DNA from: Eledone cirrhosa
Taxonomy: Eukaryota
DNA: 64,000 nucleotides
Direction: 5' to 3'
Assembly: GCA_964016885.1 (NCBI GenBank)
Contig: OZ024740.1
Span: 283,278,001 to 283,342,000, forward strand
Part shown: in pieces, positions 15,572 to 29,483 of the stretch
How the letters are laid out: each line of letters begins with the position of its first letter
How positions within the stretch are numbered: the stretch's first letter is position 1
Position numbers and translations under genes: made by a program
The notes under the pieces: generated by a model
Told to the model about the DNA's origin: nothing
Database searches by the model: none
The model's input: the letters and a program-made list of their open reading frames with translations, nothing else

Positions 15572-15917
15572 TAAGAATATTTTCGAAACAGCGAGTGGGT
15601 TTGAAATTATTATAAATGTAAGCTATCGCCGTATTTTGACTAAAGAAATTAAAGAAATTATTTAGCCTGATGGTGGGGTTAAGACCCCTCGGAGAAATGG
15701 AAAAAGATGAGTATTGACGTACATGGGAATAACCCGGGTGATGTGTTGGTGTAAATGGTAGCACAGTGGTCCGGATAACCAAAGATGTGGGTTCGACTCC
15801 CATGTACGTCAATACTCATCTTTTTCCATTTCTCCGAGGGTTCTTAACCCCACTATCAGGCTAAATAATTTCTTTAATTTCTTTAGTCAAAATACGGCGA
15901 TAGCTAACATTTCTAAT
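15570..15917. mobile_element. Asymmetric inverted-repeat element in (TA)n with a tRNA-like cloverleaf at its centre
   Basis: 15609-15728 and 15798-15917 are near-perfect reverse complements; the left arm has an extra 40-bp tail; (TA)n on both sides. Confidence 0.85.
15740..15811 (+). tRNA. tRNA-like cloverleaf (repeat-derived, probably not a decoding tRNA)
   Basis: Acceptor GATGTGT/GTACGTC, D arm GTGT-AAATGGTA-GCAC, anticodon arm GTGGT-CCGGATA-ACCAA, T arm GTGGG-TTCGACT-CCCAT; A and B boxes present; lacks U33 and purine 37. Diverged relatives at 35182-35297 (-) and 51098-51175 (+). Confidence 0.6.
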
Positions 15918-16717
15918 ATATATATATATATAGATATATATAAAATTAAGGGACGAATCTTATAGAATAAAATGGACAAACCTTTCAGCGTTTCTTCACT
16001 CACGTGCAGATAATTAGATAATTTTAGTATGTATTATGTAATTTGGCGATGAACCGCGTCGTCAGCGTAATGGAAAGTTCCGTATGTCGTACTGGGGTTA
16101 ATATGATCTATTAATTTCGTAAAGATTATGCCCCTCCATTGGCTGGACACAAGTGAATGTAGTAGTAGTCCTCCACGCGGTTATTGAGCCAGGCCTGACC
16201 ATTTACATGGAAAACACGTTGGCATTGATTCAGATTGAAAAAAATGGCCATGTCAGAAGCACTAAACCAGGGTGCTTCCATATAAAAAAAGGCAGGGTAG
16301 CAAACAATAAATACATGCAATTAGAACAAAGAGTGAGGAAGTTCAACTTACAATTTAAATGTAATTTAGTCCCCTGGGAATTAATGATTTTGTCTTTCAT
16401 CCTTACGGGGTCGATAAAATAAAGTACCAGTAATGCACTGGGTAATTGCTGGCCTTGTGCCTAACGTAGAAACAATATTATTAACGGACGAAGTTTATCG
16501 AATAGAATGGACACAACTTCGACCGTTTCCTTACTCACTCAATAATCTACATACATATACATACATACACACAGAGATACATACTTAAATACCTTTATAC
16601 ATACACAAGCATACACGCACACATTCACGCACACACACACATACATACACATGCGCACGCACACACGTGCACACACACACACACATATATGTATATACAG
16701 TATATATATTTGTATAT

Positions 16718-16912
16718 AACGAAGGAAATGTGGTAAGGAACCAGGTGGACCATAACGCACCAAAGTACTCAATACTTAGGGTAGTAGAGTGGGTAATAGG
16801 AACAAGTAAGACCCCGACGGCTGAGCTCAAGCCGTTTCGACGTCTAATTGAGTACAGAATTAGCCGCCGAAACGGCTTGAGCTCAGCCGTCGGGGTCTTA
16901 CTTGTGCCTATT
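16718..16912. repeat. Family A asymmetric hairpin element
   Basis: About 53-bp inverted arms (TAGGAACAAGTAAGACCCCGACGG...) around GAGTACAG; the left arm has an extra 80-bp tail; contains the 3' half of the hammerhead. Confidence 0.85.
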
Positions 16913-17276
16913 TGTATATATATATATATGTGTGTGTATGTGTGTGCGTGCGTGTATGAATGTGTATGTATATAGGTATTAATGTATGTATGTATGTATG
17001 TACGTCTGTATAGACACAAACTTTAACTTCATTGCATTTGAAATAAATCATAATTTAATATGTACTCAGATATCTGTGTGTCATGCGTTTGTGTGTATGT
17101 GAAATGCTTTCTATTTTAGTGTTACATATAGTCGTGTTGGTGGTGATAATATTAATAACAGTTAATATAGTGCTATTGATTGAGTTAATGGTATTAATGA
17201 TGAGTTTGTTGGGCATAATGTTACTGTTGGTGGTAGGTGTGCAGGGGTTGAGTATTTCCAGCTATTATTATGTTAA

Positions 17277-17866
17277 GGGGGGTGGATTAGCAGAGTCGTT
17301 TGAGGGTCGGACAACATGATTTGTGGTTTTTAGTTACGTTTCTTTACGTTTCCAGTTCAAATCCAACCAAGGTTAGCTTTACCTTTCATCCTTACGGGGT
17401 CGATAAAATAAAGTACCAGTTATGCACTGGGGTAGATTTAATTGACTTTCCCCTTCCCGAAAATTATTGACCGTGTGCCTAAATCAGTGGATTGGCAGTA
17501 TCGGTAGAGGGTCGGACGCCATGCTTTGCAGCATAGTTACGTCCCTTTACGGACTGAGTTCAAATCCCGCTGAGGTTAACTTTGCCTTTCATCCTTACGG
17601 GGTCGATAAAATAAAGTACCAGTAATGCACTGGGTAATTTGCTGGCCTTGTGCCTAAAGTAGAAACAATTATTATGGCGGTGAATTGACAGTATTGGTAG
17701 AGGGTCGGACGCCATGCTTTGACGCATAGAGTTACGGCCCTTGCCATTCTGAGTTCAAATCCCGCCGAGGTTAACTTTGCCTTTCATCCTTACGGGGTTG
17801 ATAAAATAAAGTACCAGTAATACAATGGGTAATTGCTGGCATTGTGCCTAACGGAGAAACTATTAT
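17277..17866 (+). mobile_element. Tandem trimer of the SINE
   Basis: Units about 17277-17485, 17487-17673 and 17676-17866; the whole array is bracketed by CTATTATTATGTT(A/G)AGG. Confidence 0.9.
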
Positions 17867-18534
17867 TATGTTGAGGTTATTAACATATGAGACATTAGAA
17901 ATAATGAGGATAGTTAATATAATATTCACATGCTCCCGTAATATTCATCACAGCGATGGTGTTGGCTGCTTTTTTAAAAACCCTTGGTCAACCATGATTG
18001 GGAAGACCTATGGTAAACGACGTCCCTTTCCTGAATATCTAACAATTCTATTGTAACGTGCATCGTAGATCTCTATATTCTGAGACAATATTGCAGGATT
18101 TCAATTTGAATTATTTTTATAGGAGAGCAATATACTTTTTATATAATCGAATCTGAGGGTGGTGGAGAGTTATCAGAAGATCGGGTGGATTTGGCTTCGG
18201 TTCACTGCTCTCTGAATTTAAATCCCACCAAGAACAATTTTGCCTTTCATCTATTCAAAGTCGGTAAACACGTACCAATCGAGTACTGGGATCGATTCTT
18301 CCTGTATATCTCTTTCTCACTTCCATTCTCAAATTCTCTATTCCTTTCTAGAAGAAATCTGCTGTATTCTAACCTGGAGAGGAGATGGGCTTCACCAAGT
18401 TCAAAAATGCCCTAAAACACCCGCATGTCAATACTACGCCATATCACTCCCCCAGGCGTTATATGCATAATCGAATCTGAATATAGTCTGTAATGTAAGA
18501 GGTTTGAATACATTTTAAGTTCGAAATTCTAGAC

Positions 18535-18787
18535 CAGGCATGGACAAGCTTTTCGAGAAGCGGGCCGCATGAGATATGGCTCATCATCAGGCGGGCTGCA
18601 TTCATGCCCACATTAATAAAAAGGGCGGTAACTCAGGTTGTTTTTATTTGTTTCTTTAGAATTCGTACACGTTGTTTTCCTCGATCGCAAAAATGGTAGA
18701 AAGATTAATTACAACTGAAAAGTCAAGGTAAAAAAAATCAGGCGAGCCATTCAGAAAGCTTCTCGGGCCGCAGGTTGCACATGATTA
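18535..18787. mobile_element. hAT-type MITE
   Basis: 8-bp TSD TTCTAGAC at 18527-34 and 18788-95; CAGGCATGG.. left end; internal GGGCCGCA motifs at both ends. Confidence 0.78.
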
Positions 18788-19767
18788 TTCTAGACATACA
18801 TCTATATTGTATACTTGTAACGCGTACCATTTTGCTTTGATGTTTGTAACCATTCACCTAGGGATTCTATTGTTATTAACGCAGACATGGGTGAGTGGTT
18901 ACGAAGTTATTTTCACAATCATTTGGTCCTCCGTTCAATCTGTCATTTTGAGATCTTGGACCAGTTTCGGCACGACAACTGCATTGTGAATGAAATTGAG
19001 TAGAGGGAATCTTTGTGGAGGTCTGTCAGCTAGATTGTACCTGTAATTCACTGGTCCAGCTTTGCCACATATTGGGTTTTAATGATTTGGCTTAAAAAAT
19101 ACGTTAAATGTAGACGTGTCTCGGGAATACACAACCGCTTACACATTAATTCACAAGTTGGCTTTCACTTTATCGAACAACTAAATACTCATCAATGAAA
19201 TCAACGAAGGTTCTAATATCAGTTCTTCTATTAAAGACACTGTTCATTAGACATTTCTTCAACCCCGCCAATATAGTTATCGATTTTACCCGTATAACTA
19301 CATTCTCTATGCTTCGTAAATGTGTCGAGAAGTTGATATTATTTAATGATTTTTCCTTGTTGGTTTTTTAAAATTTTGAACACCGCTATAGAGTGTTTTT
19401 GATTGTTAATTGGAAGGGAAATCTTAATTAATTGAAGTGTTCCACCTCATTATATTATATATGCCAGAATTCATTCTACAGCTGTGTGTACGGAGGGTAG
19501 CATGCCTTTTAGTCAATGAAATCATTTAAATAACCTTATACGTGTTTCGACAAAACCATTAGACCGTCGGACAAAATACCTTGTGGTATTTTCCCCGGTT
19601 CACATTCCACTCTGACCATTTTTCTTTCATCCTTCCGCAGTGGAAAGAATGAAATAACAGTCAGATACTGAAGTCGATTCCCCTGACAGTTTTGTTCTTT
19701 CCCCCACAAACATTTTAGCTTTATTTGTAAAATTCATTATTAGCACTACTACGGCAGCGAAGAGGTA

Positions 19768-19848
19768 TCATTAGATACCTTGTGTCAGTTATGGGAAGTT
19801 ATTTAGTCATTAGATACCTTGTGTCAGATATGGGAAGTTATTTAGTCT
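19768..19848. repeat. 39-bp tandem duplication
   Basis: TCATTAGATACCTTGTGTCAG(T/A)TATGGGAAGTTATTTAG twice. Confidence 0.9.
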
Positions 19849-20176
19849 TCTCAAGGCCTTTCCTTAATTATGTTCAGGAATCACAGAATAAAAGCAGAAT
19901 TTTGGCATTTTTATGTTAAAGGCAATGCTAGCAAAAAGTACCAAACTTCTCAAAAGATGAAATTTAAGCATTCAACCTTATAATAATTTGCTTACCATGA
20001 CTATACATAACTATTTTTTTTATGATTAGAAGTCTCGGTCGGTTACACTCAGCTTAACACATTAAACCTCAGTTAAACGCTAAAATGGTATCGGTCCTAA
20101 TTACTGTCATTTTCAGTATATTGCTTTTCAGTGGTGTGTCATCTTGTTACTCTTGTATAAATGCTTACACGCGTAC

Positions 20177-20182
20177 TCTCTC

Positions 20183-20213
<31 letters not shown>

Positions 20214-20232
20214 CCCTTTCTCTCTCTCTCTA

Positions 20233-20315
<83 letters not shown>

Positions 20316-20350
20316 CTCTCTATCTACCTCTCTCTCTGTCTCTCTCTCTC
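20177..20350. repeat. (CT)n microsatellite
   Basis: Direct inspection. Confidence 0.95.
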
Positions 20351-20442
20351 ACACACACATATATATATGTATATATATATATATATGTGTGTATAATTAT
20401 GTATATATATATATATATATGTGCATATATTAATATATAAAG

Positions 20443-20561
20443 TGAAGGCGTGTGGCTGAGTGGTTAGGAAATTGGATTCGCAATCGTAAGGTTGTGAGTT
20501 CGATTCCTGGACCAGGCGATGTGTTATGTCCTTGAGCAAGACACTTTATTTCACGTTGCTC
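20443..20561 (+). mobile_element. Second tRNA-derived SINE family with CORE-like segment (truncated)
   Basis: A box TGGCTGAGTGG, B box GAGTTCGATTCC, then TGTCCTTGAGCAAGACACTTTA (CORE-like); another copy at 27970-28080 (-). Confidence 0.75.
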
Positions 20562-20659
20562 CTTCTACCTGGAGTTGCGACCGATAGATAGTATTAGCAA
20601 TTGGAAAGACGAACGGAAACATTGTTTCCTAGGTCCGATTTGACGAAAGTCGATCGTTC

Positions 20660-20709
<50 letters not shown>

Positions 20710-21125
20710 CACACACACAGATATATATATAGATATATATATACTCTTCTCTGTAAAACAAAAGGTTATTTATCACATTAACCCACCAGAGTCTAATTGT
20801 TTCTCTGAAGCTACATTATAATCTAAATAGGAAATGTATTCATCTGTATCACACCAACACAGTCAATCTGTACAATCACAATCTATATTTCCAGCCAAAA
20901 TATTCACGAAATGGATAGCACACTTGCTCACTATTCGAGAAATGACAGATTCGATACCTTTTGGGGGCCTCTATCCACTTTGTTTCTGTCTCTAGGGTAC
21001 TTCACCTGATTTTCTCAAATAGTATTGATAGTAATCGATAACTAACATATTGACTTAGATTAGGAGGCATATATTTCAATAATTATTAATTCAACCTGTG
21101 GAATATATGCATATATATATATATT

Positions 21126-21167
<42 letters not shown>

Positions 21168-21267
21168 CTAGTGTATTGAGTACCTTACTTACAGTGGTTA
21201 CATCCGTTTGAACCCGGGACTCATATATCTATCTCTCTCGCTGTCTTTCTTTCTATATATATATATG

Positions 21268-21349
<82 letters not shown>

Positions 21350-21479
21350 CACATACACAAAAACATGTATGTGTGAGTGTGTGTGTGTTCCATTGATATT
21401 CAAAATCATGTTAAATATTGTACCTAGATTATTCACATAAAACGAAACAAATTATAGAGTTCAAATTATGACGTCAAAA

Positions 21480-22350
21480 ATAACAATAGCTCACTGTCAC
21501 TTCGACGTGATATACTTCACCTGCTTACTATTCATTCCATTTCAGAAGAAATTTTAAATACCTGAGGCTTATAAGCCGGATTCTTTTTCAGTATCGACGT
21601 CTTATCTTTTCGGCAGTCAGAATATTGCAACTGTGCTTTTAATGATTATTATGCGATTTGGCTTTAGAGAATAACTTCCAATGTAATCCGTATTATATAT
21701 TCCTACACTTCACTCTAGAAATGTCGGCTCCCAATAAAGTCATCTTCTTTCTGAACAGAATACAAAACAAATGGCTAAGTATGTGATATCTGACCTTGAA
21801 TTGGTTATTAAACCTATATACACGATACTGGTAGTTAGCATAGTAATCGTTTTATCATACACTGCATTCCTAGTTAGGCACTCTCTTTCTAAAAGATAAT
21901 CGTGCCTATTTATGCAATTGCTGCCTCCGCTATTTCTAGAATTATCCATATCACAATTGATCATAAATTTAGCTATGCTGGATGATGTTGTATTATGCAC
22001 CAAGTTTTCCGTAGAGGAATAAAATAATTGTTTCTACTTTAGGCACAAGGCCAGCAATTAACCAGTGCATTACTGGTACTTTATTTTATCGACCCCGTAA
22101 GGATGAAAGGCAAAGTCAACCTCGGCGGGATTTGAACTCAGATCGTAAAGGGACGTAACTATGCTGGAAAGCATGGCGTCCGACCCGCTACCGATACTGC
22201 CAATCCACCGCCCTAGAGGAATAAAATAATACGATCTTGTGATCTAACGGAAAATAAGTTTTATTTAATGCAATATTTTTTTCAGCTATTGGAGTGGCCA
22301 ATTCCATATTGAATATTGGATTATACTATCTACTTTTCCTACCTCTACAC
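21480..22350 (-). mobile_element. Heavily decayed Penelope-like element (linker + GIY-YIG) split by a SINE
   Basis: Minus-strand remnants YNPIFN....IA......YFPLDHK, then ECLTRNAVYDKTIT....VYIGLIT (ORF 21740-22003), then WKLFSKAKS...CNILTAEK. Many stops. Confidence 0.65.
22024..22213 (-). mobile_element. Full-length SINE with 17-bp TSD
   Basis: TAGAGGAATAAAATAAT at 22012-28 and 22214-30. Confidence 0.92.
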
Positions 22351-23524
22351 TTGTACTTTATATGGTATTGCTTACTCCTGAAATATCAACAAAACTTAGT
22401 CTCATTATAATAATCCAGAGAAATTTTCTTGACTTCGACGCATTGTTTCTATCTCAAATTATTTTGTATTTGTCTTTTCTGTCTCTCTGAAGTTATTAAG
22501 AATTACAACTTGTGCAACATTTGTTCTAAGCCTCTAGAAATGAAATAGAAAAGCCCCTGTAATTAAAACATGCAGTGTTGTAGGCTATGATGAATGCTTT
22601 AGATGCCAATGAAATATGTCTGATCAGTAAATACTTTACATTGAATCTTCTGGATGCTTTGTGAGCATCTTCAAACAAGCGAATACCTGATATCCTGTGC
22701 AGGATTGACTGTAATAGCTGACACCCTCTTATCTCAAGGAAACAAGAAATGGAACAAGTGTCTTTAATATATCATCCAACTCAGAACATGCCAAACACAT
22801 GAGGGATATTAACGTAGTTATTATCGGCGAAGCATGCAAAATAACATCCAGATATAGTATATCGTCTGAAGTCTAGACATTATATAAAGTTATTCTTCAT
22901 AGCTCAACATTTTCGAAATAGTTATTCTTCGTGGGTCAACATCTTTTTGACACACTCTTCTTTTTATACCATTCTCATTAATGCAAGTTTGTGCTCAGAT
23001 CTAACATTTCGAATTATTTCCATCACTGACTGTACACACTGATTATTTTGAATCGCTTGTTTCCGTGTCCTTACTGCATCCGCTGCCTCTAAGCTGTAAA
23101 GTTGTCCGTGCCTTGACTGATTAGATACGTAGTGATATGTTTACATGTGAAAAGAGCATGATACTTGTACTGTATGTTTTGTAATATTTGCTCCAAAAGA
23201 TGCGAATAACAAGGTGCGGCTATAGTTCCGATTGTGCTGCCTAAAAGTTTAATTTTCTTCTGTACTAAATAAATCACTCAACTTACTGAATAACTCTCCA
23301 AATCTAGCCGGTCAACGTTATCGTTTGGCAGCAGTTTAAATTTACTTTGAAGCCACAGATCTTGACATTATTGACTGTTTATGTTCGTTGACCCAATATT
23401 GAGCTCCTCGATATTATTTATGGTTGCCTTCATTTTACAGTTGTTTAATTTGCATATTTTCAATAAAATGTTCACATTTTTATTTCTATCTGTCTTCTGC
23501 ATTTGTATTATTTCTTGGATTTCT

Positions 23525-23697
23525 GGGATTGGCAGTATCGGTAGAGGGTCGGACGCCTTGCTTTGAAACATAGAGCTCTGATCTGAGTTCAAATCTCGCC
23601 GAGGTTATCTTTGCCTTTCATCCTTACGGGGTCGATAAAGTACCAGTAATACACTAGGGTAATTTCTGGCCTTGTGCCAAAAGTAGAAACAATTATT
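23525..23697 (+). mobile_element. SINE copy
   Basis: Family motifs; ATTATTTCTT on both sides. Confidence 0.85.
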
Positions 23698-24494
23698 TCT
23701 TTTTTTCCCTCTGCCTTTGTTTTACCTCTGCTGCAAATGGATATTTCTTTCTTCAGTACTCTTACCATGATTTCACCTGAGATTAATATTTTATTTTATT
23801 CAAATACCTTCCATACGTGACGCTAGGTCAAATGTTGTCATGTTAAATTGATTCTTTCCTCCTGGCTTAACGCATTTTAACGTTGTTGCGTTGCTTCACA
23901 ATCCCTCTTTGGTATTTCATTTCGATTATCTACTCTCAATAGCACCTATCTTTTCTGTTTATCTCGAGCTACTTCGCGAGCCCTCAGTCTCTTTTTGTCT
24001 TCTGCCATAATTTCCTATAGCAGTTCACAATTATATAATCAAATTTCAACCAAATATGTTGAGGTTTTCGAAATGTAAAAGAAATATAGATCACGTTTTG
24101 AATGATGAAAATAATGAAATGAACACCTTTCTCCAGTCTTCGTTGTTCAACAGACGACCATATGTACATATACTAAATTGTGCGGGATGTTAAAAAACTT
24201 CTGCGTTGATGTAACTATTACTCCACACACCCACATCTACACAAACATATGCCCCCAAAACATACACACTCATACTTACACACACACATCCACACATACA
24301 CACACCTTATATACTTTCCGAGTATATATATATATATGTATACATGTATGTATATATATGCGCGCGCGGGTGGGCGTGAGTGTGTGTGTATAATACTGAG
24401 ACGAAGTCAACGGAGACGGGGAGGACCGAAGACCTTCGATCGTTTTTCCCACTCACAATTGTTCCTTAAGGTGTGTAAATATATAATATTCATG

Positions 24495-24550
<56 letters not shown>

Positions 24551-24551
24551 C

Positions 24552-24681
<130 letters not shown>

Positions 24682-25149
24682 GTCGCTTGCGAGTGCTACT
24701 AGTAACATGTAACCCAGTACCACATGTCTTATGGTCGTGTCATCACCGACTAAACCGGCAACTACACTAAGCCTTCTTGGGGAGGAGGGCGATATTCGGA
24801 CACCCTGCGGATGAAATACAAGAACCGGCGAAGGACGGAGTCAACGGCCATCTTAAAAGTACTTTTTGTGTTTGTCACAAAATCTTTCTAAGGGAAGAAA
24901 ACTGAAAGAAAATCTGCGGCTTCTGAAGCATCCGAAGATGTTGACCAGTTCGCCTTTTCGGGTAGTGTTTTCGATATTGAGAGAGTGGGATTGGTCAAGT
25001 GCAAGGCCTTTCTCCACTTACAAAACCTCCAAGGCACAGGCATTGCTTGTTCATGTAATGTTACAGGTTCATGTGGCTGGCCATAGCCTAAACGTGCACC
25101 ATTTTCTGTAATCTGACAAGCGATTGCAATTTTCTTAGCAGAGTTTGCA

Positions 25150-25213
<64 letters not shown>

Positions 25214-26164
25214 ATAAAGTTCTTAATTACATATATATATAACTTAGCCAAATATTATTTACAACACAATAAATCTAATATATTTATCAAATGACTAAAC
25301 CAACCAAAATTGCCTGAGTTTAATACTGTTTGAATCCTTTCAGTTGTCATTAGAATCGGCGAGAATTTAAAATCTGTAGACTAGTATATATTAATTTCAA
25401 AATATTAGAGACAAATTCTAAATTCAAACACTAATAATACATTCAAATCAATTATATTTTAGCTGACGTACTTAAAGATAAAACCCTCGGGGAAATATTT
25501 AGTAATATAATATTCTCGCTATGTTGAAAATCTGTAGATATGTTTAGATAAACAAGTATATATATAGACGCACCTGTGCACATGTTACACATCGGTTTGA
25601 ATAGCAACAACAATAAAACTGTATTTAGGTATTGCTCTAACAGGAGCCTAGGTTTAAACGAATAAACATTTCCAGATAAAACCGTGCTTGAGCCTAATCA
25701 TCGATTGTAAGCGTTGTAGTCCCTTTCACTGCGATAAACATGCCATTTAATAGTATTATATGTTTATTATATTGCTGGTTCACAGTTCATGAATATTGCG
25801 GAAACTGTCCAACATTATTAATAAACACTGTAGAAAGTTTATCTTCTGTGATGATTCTGATTTTCATTTAGAAAATTGACAGCTAACCTTGATTAAATTT
25901 CTCAAAGATTGAAAAAAATGTTCGCTTGAAATACCAAACATTTATTGCATTGAAAATAACACACATACACCCAACCGCACACGCGCACACACATACATAC
26001 ACACGTACATCGACATAAGCAAATACATATATACACATTCATATATGTATATATATACATATATATATACATATATATATATACATATATATATACATTT
26101 ATATATGTATATATATAGAGATATAGAGATATATATATATACACACATATATATATATATATAA

Positions 26165-26236
<72 letters not shown>

Positions 26237-26238
<2 letters not shown>

Positions 26239-26436
26239 CGAAGGAAATGTGGTAAGGAACCAGGTGGACCATAACGCACCAAAGTACTCAATACTTGAGG
26301 TAGTAGAGTGGGTAATAGGAACCAGTAAGACCCCGACAGCTGAGCTCAAGCCGTTTCGACGGCTAATTCTGGACTCAATTGTCCAGAATTAGCTGTCGAA
26401 ACGGCTTGAGCTCAGCTGTCGGGGTCTTACTGGTTC

Positions 26437-26440
<4 letters not shown>
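26237..26440. repeat. Family A asymmetric hairpin element in (TA)n
   Basis: Near-perfect arms of about 60 bp around TCAATT; same tail as the 16718 copy. Confidence 0.88.
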
Positions 26441-26473
<33 letters not shown>

Positions 26474-26575
26474 TAAATGTATATATATATGTATATATAT
26501 ATGTATATATATATGTATATATATATGTATATATATGTATATATATAGATATATCAATGTATATATATGTATTTG

Positions 26576-26680
<105 letters not shown>

Positions 26681-26871
26681 AGAATTGATTTAATATTAAT
26701 ACAGCATAGATTTGTTAATTCATGTTGTTTTGTTAGGGAAATTATTAAAGGGGAATAATAGAATTGCAAGTGAATAATGTTACTAAGTAGGTTTATTGAG
26801 AAATTGAATTCCGATCGATCAAACAACTATTTACATCAATAGGAAATAACTATATATATATATATACATAC

Positions 26872-26906
<35 letters not shown>

Positions 26907-27311
26907 CATATGTATATATATATATGTATGTGTATATATATGGATATATATATGTGTATGTGTATATATATATATGGATATATATATATATGTGTGTTCA
27001 TATATATTATGTGTGTATATATATGCATATATATATATATATGGTATGTTCACGCTTGTGTGAATAGCAATCAAGTAAAATAATTGGTCAATAGAAGTAG
27101 GTTGGAATAACATTTTTGGCTGAAATCTGTGCGTGTTGAACTACTACGAGCAGTTATTTGTTGTCCCTTTACAAGCGACTGACTCTATAATATTGAGATA
27201 TCTTTGCCTATTTCAGTGAGGAATTAACCAAATCTGGTTAGGTAACACTGGTCAGCTAACGCTGGAAGTGCAGTCAATTTTTCATTTAAAATTATATATA
27301 CATACATACAA

Positions 27312-27495
<184 letters not shown>

Positions 27496-27528
27496 CATGA
27501 ATCAAAGTTCTGTTCAAACCATTTATTA

Positions 27529-27573
27529 GCTTACAATTGTTTCGTCCAAACCGAGGTTTGGAGTCTTCGGAGC
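27529..27573 (-). ncRNA. Hammerhead-like motif (CCGAAGA core)
   Basis: GCT / CCGAAGA / C-TCCAAACC-TC-GGTTTGGA-C / GAAA / CAATTG / T-A / AGC; next to (TA)n(GA)n. Confidence 0.62.
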
Positions 27574-28244
27574 AATGTTTCAATGATTGTTTACATAAAT
27601 GACCTCCTTTCCAACACAAGATACATCCAGAAACATATGTATATATAGATATAGAAAAATATGTACACATTCAACATCTCTGCAGAAGACATTAAAGTTG
27701 TGCTGGTGATCAAAACAAACAATGATAGATATTTCATCCCGAAATAGTTTTATTAATACTATCATACTATACTGTCGGTTACGTCGATGTGTGTTCCAGT
27801 TGATTCGCTTAACAGAACAACCAGCTCCAGAAGTGAATGTGAAAGTAGTTGAGCATTCCACAGACACGTGTGTCCTTAACGTATTTCTCCGGAAGATTTG
27901 ACACATAATATGACAAGGATGGTATTTCGAAATATAGATGCATCTCATTTGCGCCTGCTTAGCTGACTAGAGCAACGTGAAATAAAGTGTCATGCTCAAG
28001 GTCATAAAATGCCATCACGCATCGAACTCACGACTTTACTAATACCCTAACCACCTAACCAGCTAAGCCACGCGCCTTCAGTTTAGTTGGATATTTAAGT
28101 ATCATCAGCAACAAAGAATTGATAAATGTATCCGAGCACGGAAGAGCCGAACTCCCACTGTTATCGCCTCCATCTCTTTCGCCCTCCCCATTCCTCTGTA
28201 TTATGAGCAATGGGGTCCCACGTGCTGGCCGCCCCACAGACTCG

Positions 28245-28408
28245 GTGGAGAGAATGGAGAAGGCGTTTCCCCGGAGGATGATAAGGGAGATGTGCAGGAA
28301 GAGTCATTCCATCTCGTGAGGTACACCTGCGGCTAGCAAGATCAGCGCCTATGGCAGTAAGTAGGGAGGTAGCCCAACTGCCAAGGACACCAGAAGTCTC
28401 CACTGCTA
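28245..28408 (-). mobile_element. 3' fragment of a CRE-like RLE non-LTR element
   Basis: AVETSGVLGSWATSLLTAIGADLASRR / E*LFLHISLIILRGNAFSILS; homologous to 14704-14870. Confidence 0.6.
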
Positions 28409-28636
28409 ATTTAAGGATCGATCTAGCTGCCAAGAATATCTTAACTATTTAATACAAATTGTTCTACCCGGTTTACTTAAGTTATAATTGTAGGTATTAT
28501 ACGTATACTGAAGGAATCCAATCCTTGATTAAATTCCAGCACAGTTAATCACGCTTTCTCTTTCCATGATATTGCATAAACAGGCCAGATTTTTACATGT
28601 ATAATATATACAAATAAAACATTATGTTTCTTAAAG

Positions 28637-28825
28637 GGCGGTGGATTGGCAGTATCGTTAGAGGGTCGGACGCCATGCTTTCCAGCATAGTTACGTCCCT
28701 TTACAATCTGAGTTCAAATCCCGCAGAGGTTGACTTTGCCTTTCATCCTTACGGGGTCGATAAAATAAAGTACCAGTAATGCACTGGGTAATTGCTGGCC
28801 TTGTGCCTAAAGTAGAAACAATTGT
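28637..28825 (+). mobile_element. Full-length SINE with TSD
   Basis: ATTATGTTTCTTAAAG / ATTGTGTTACTTAAAG flanks. Confidence 0.92.
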
Positions 28826-29311
28826 GTTACTTAAAGCTGGAACTGTGAAGTGATTGCCACCTATTTATGATATATTTTACTTTGCTCAAATGTATTGAGT
28901 GCTACTTCAAATAATGTTTGGGTGGCTATATGTACTACATAAAACAACTCATATGTATGTGTGCTATTTGTATCATGATTGGCTAGGCAATTATATTTTT
29001 CTGTCCGTCTGTGTGTTTATCAATTTTATTTTATATTTGTGAAGCTGTGTTCTGATAGATGTATTATATGAAAAGGCATTAGTGTATATAGTCAGTTTTG
29101 AATAGTTCTTAGTATTAGTTATAGTCGAATGATCAATGACCTATCACTATTCATACATCATTCTTTTACTCTCTGTATTTCTCATTCTCTCTCTCCACAC
29201 GCACACGCACACACGCACACACACACACACACACACACTCACACACACACATATACATACATACATGCATACATACATACATACATATATACATACATGC
29301 ATACATACATT

Positions 29312-29345
<34 letters not shown>

Positions 29346-29364
29346 TAGAGAGAGAGAAAGAGAA

Positions 29365-29415
<51 letters not shown>

Positions 29416-29420
29416 TATAC

Positions 29421-29483
<63 letters not shown>

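Noticed and set aside
15740-15811. Functional tRNA-Ser(GGA) gene
   Set aside because: No U33 or purine 37, no long variable arm, three G-U pairs in the acceptor stem, embedded in a repeat.
12845-17866. Repeated SINE core as a possible CRISPR-like array
   Set aside because: Irregular spacing, A/B boxes, TSDs, eukaryotic context, no cas genes.
23089-23277. GSTIGTIAAPCYSHL resembling a PLE RT motif
   Set aside because: Single weak motif; I could not find the following DD motif in frame.
24390-24450. CTGAGA-CGAAGTC..GACCTTCG hammerhead candidate
   Set aside because: Core incomplete and no GAAA or stem I.
24860-25157. 89-aa minus-strand ORF in complex sequence
   Set aside because: No recognisable domain or splice context; starts in a (TA)n tract.
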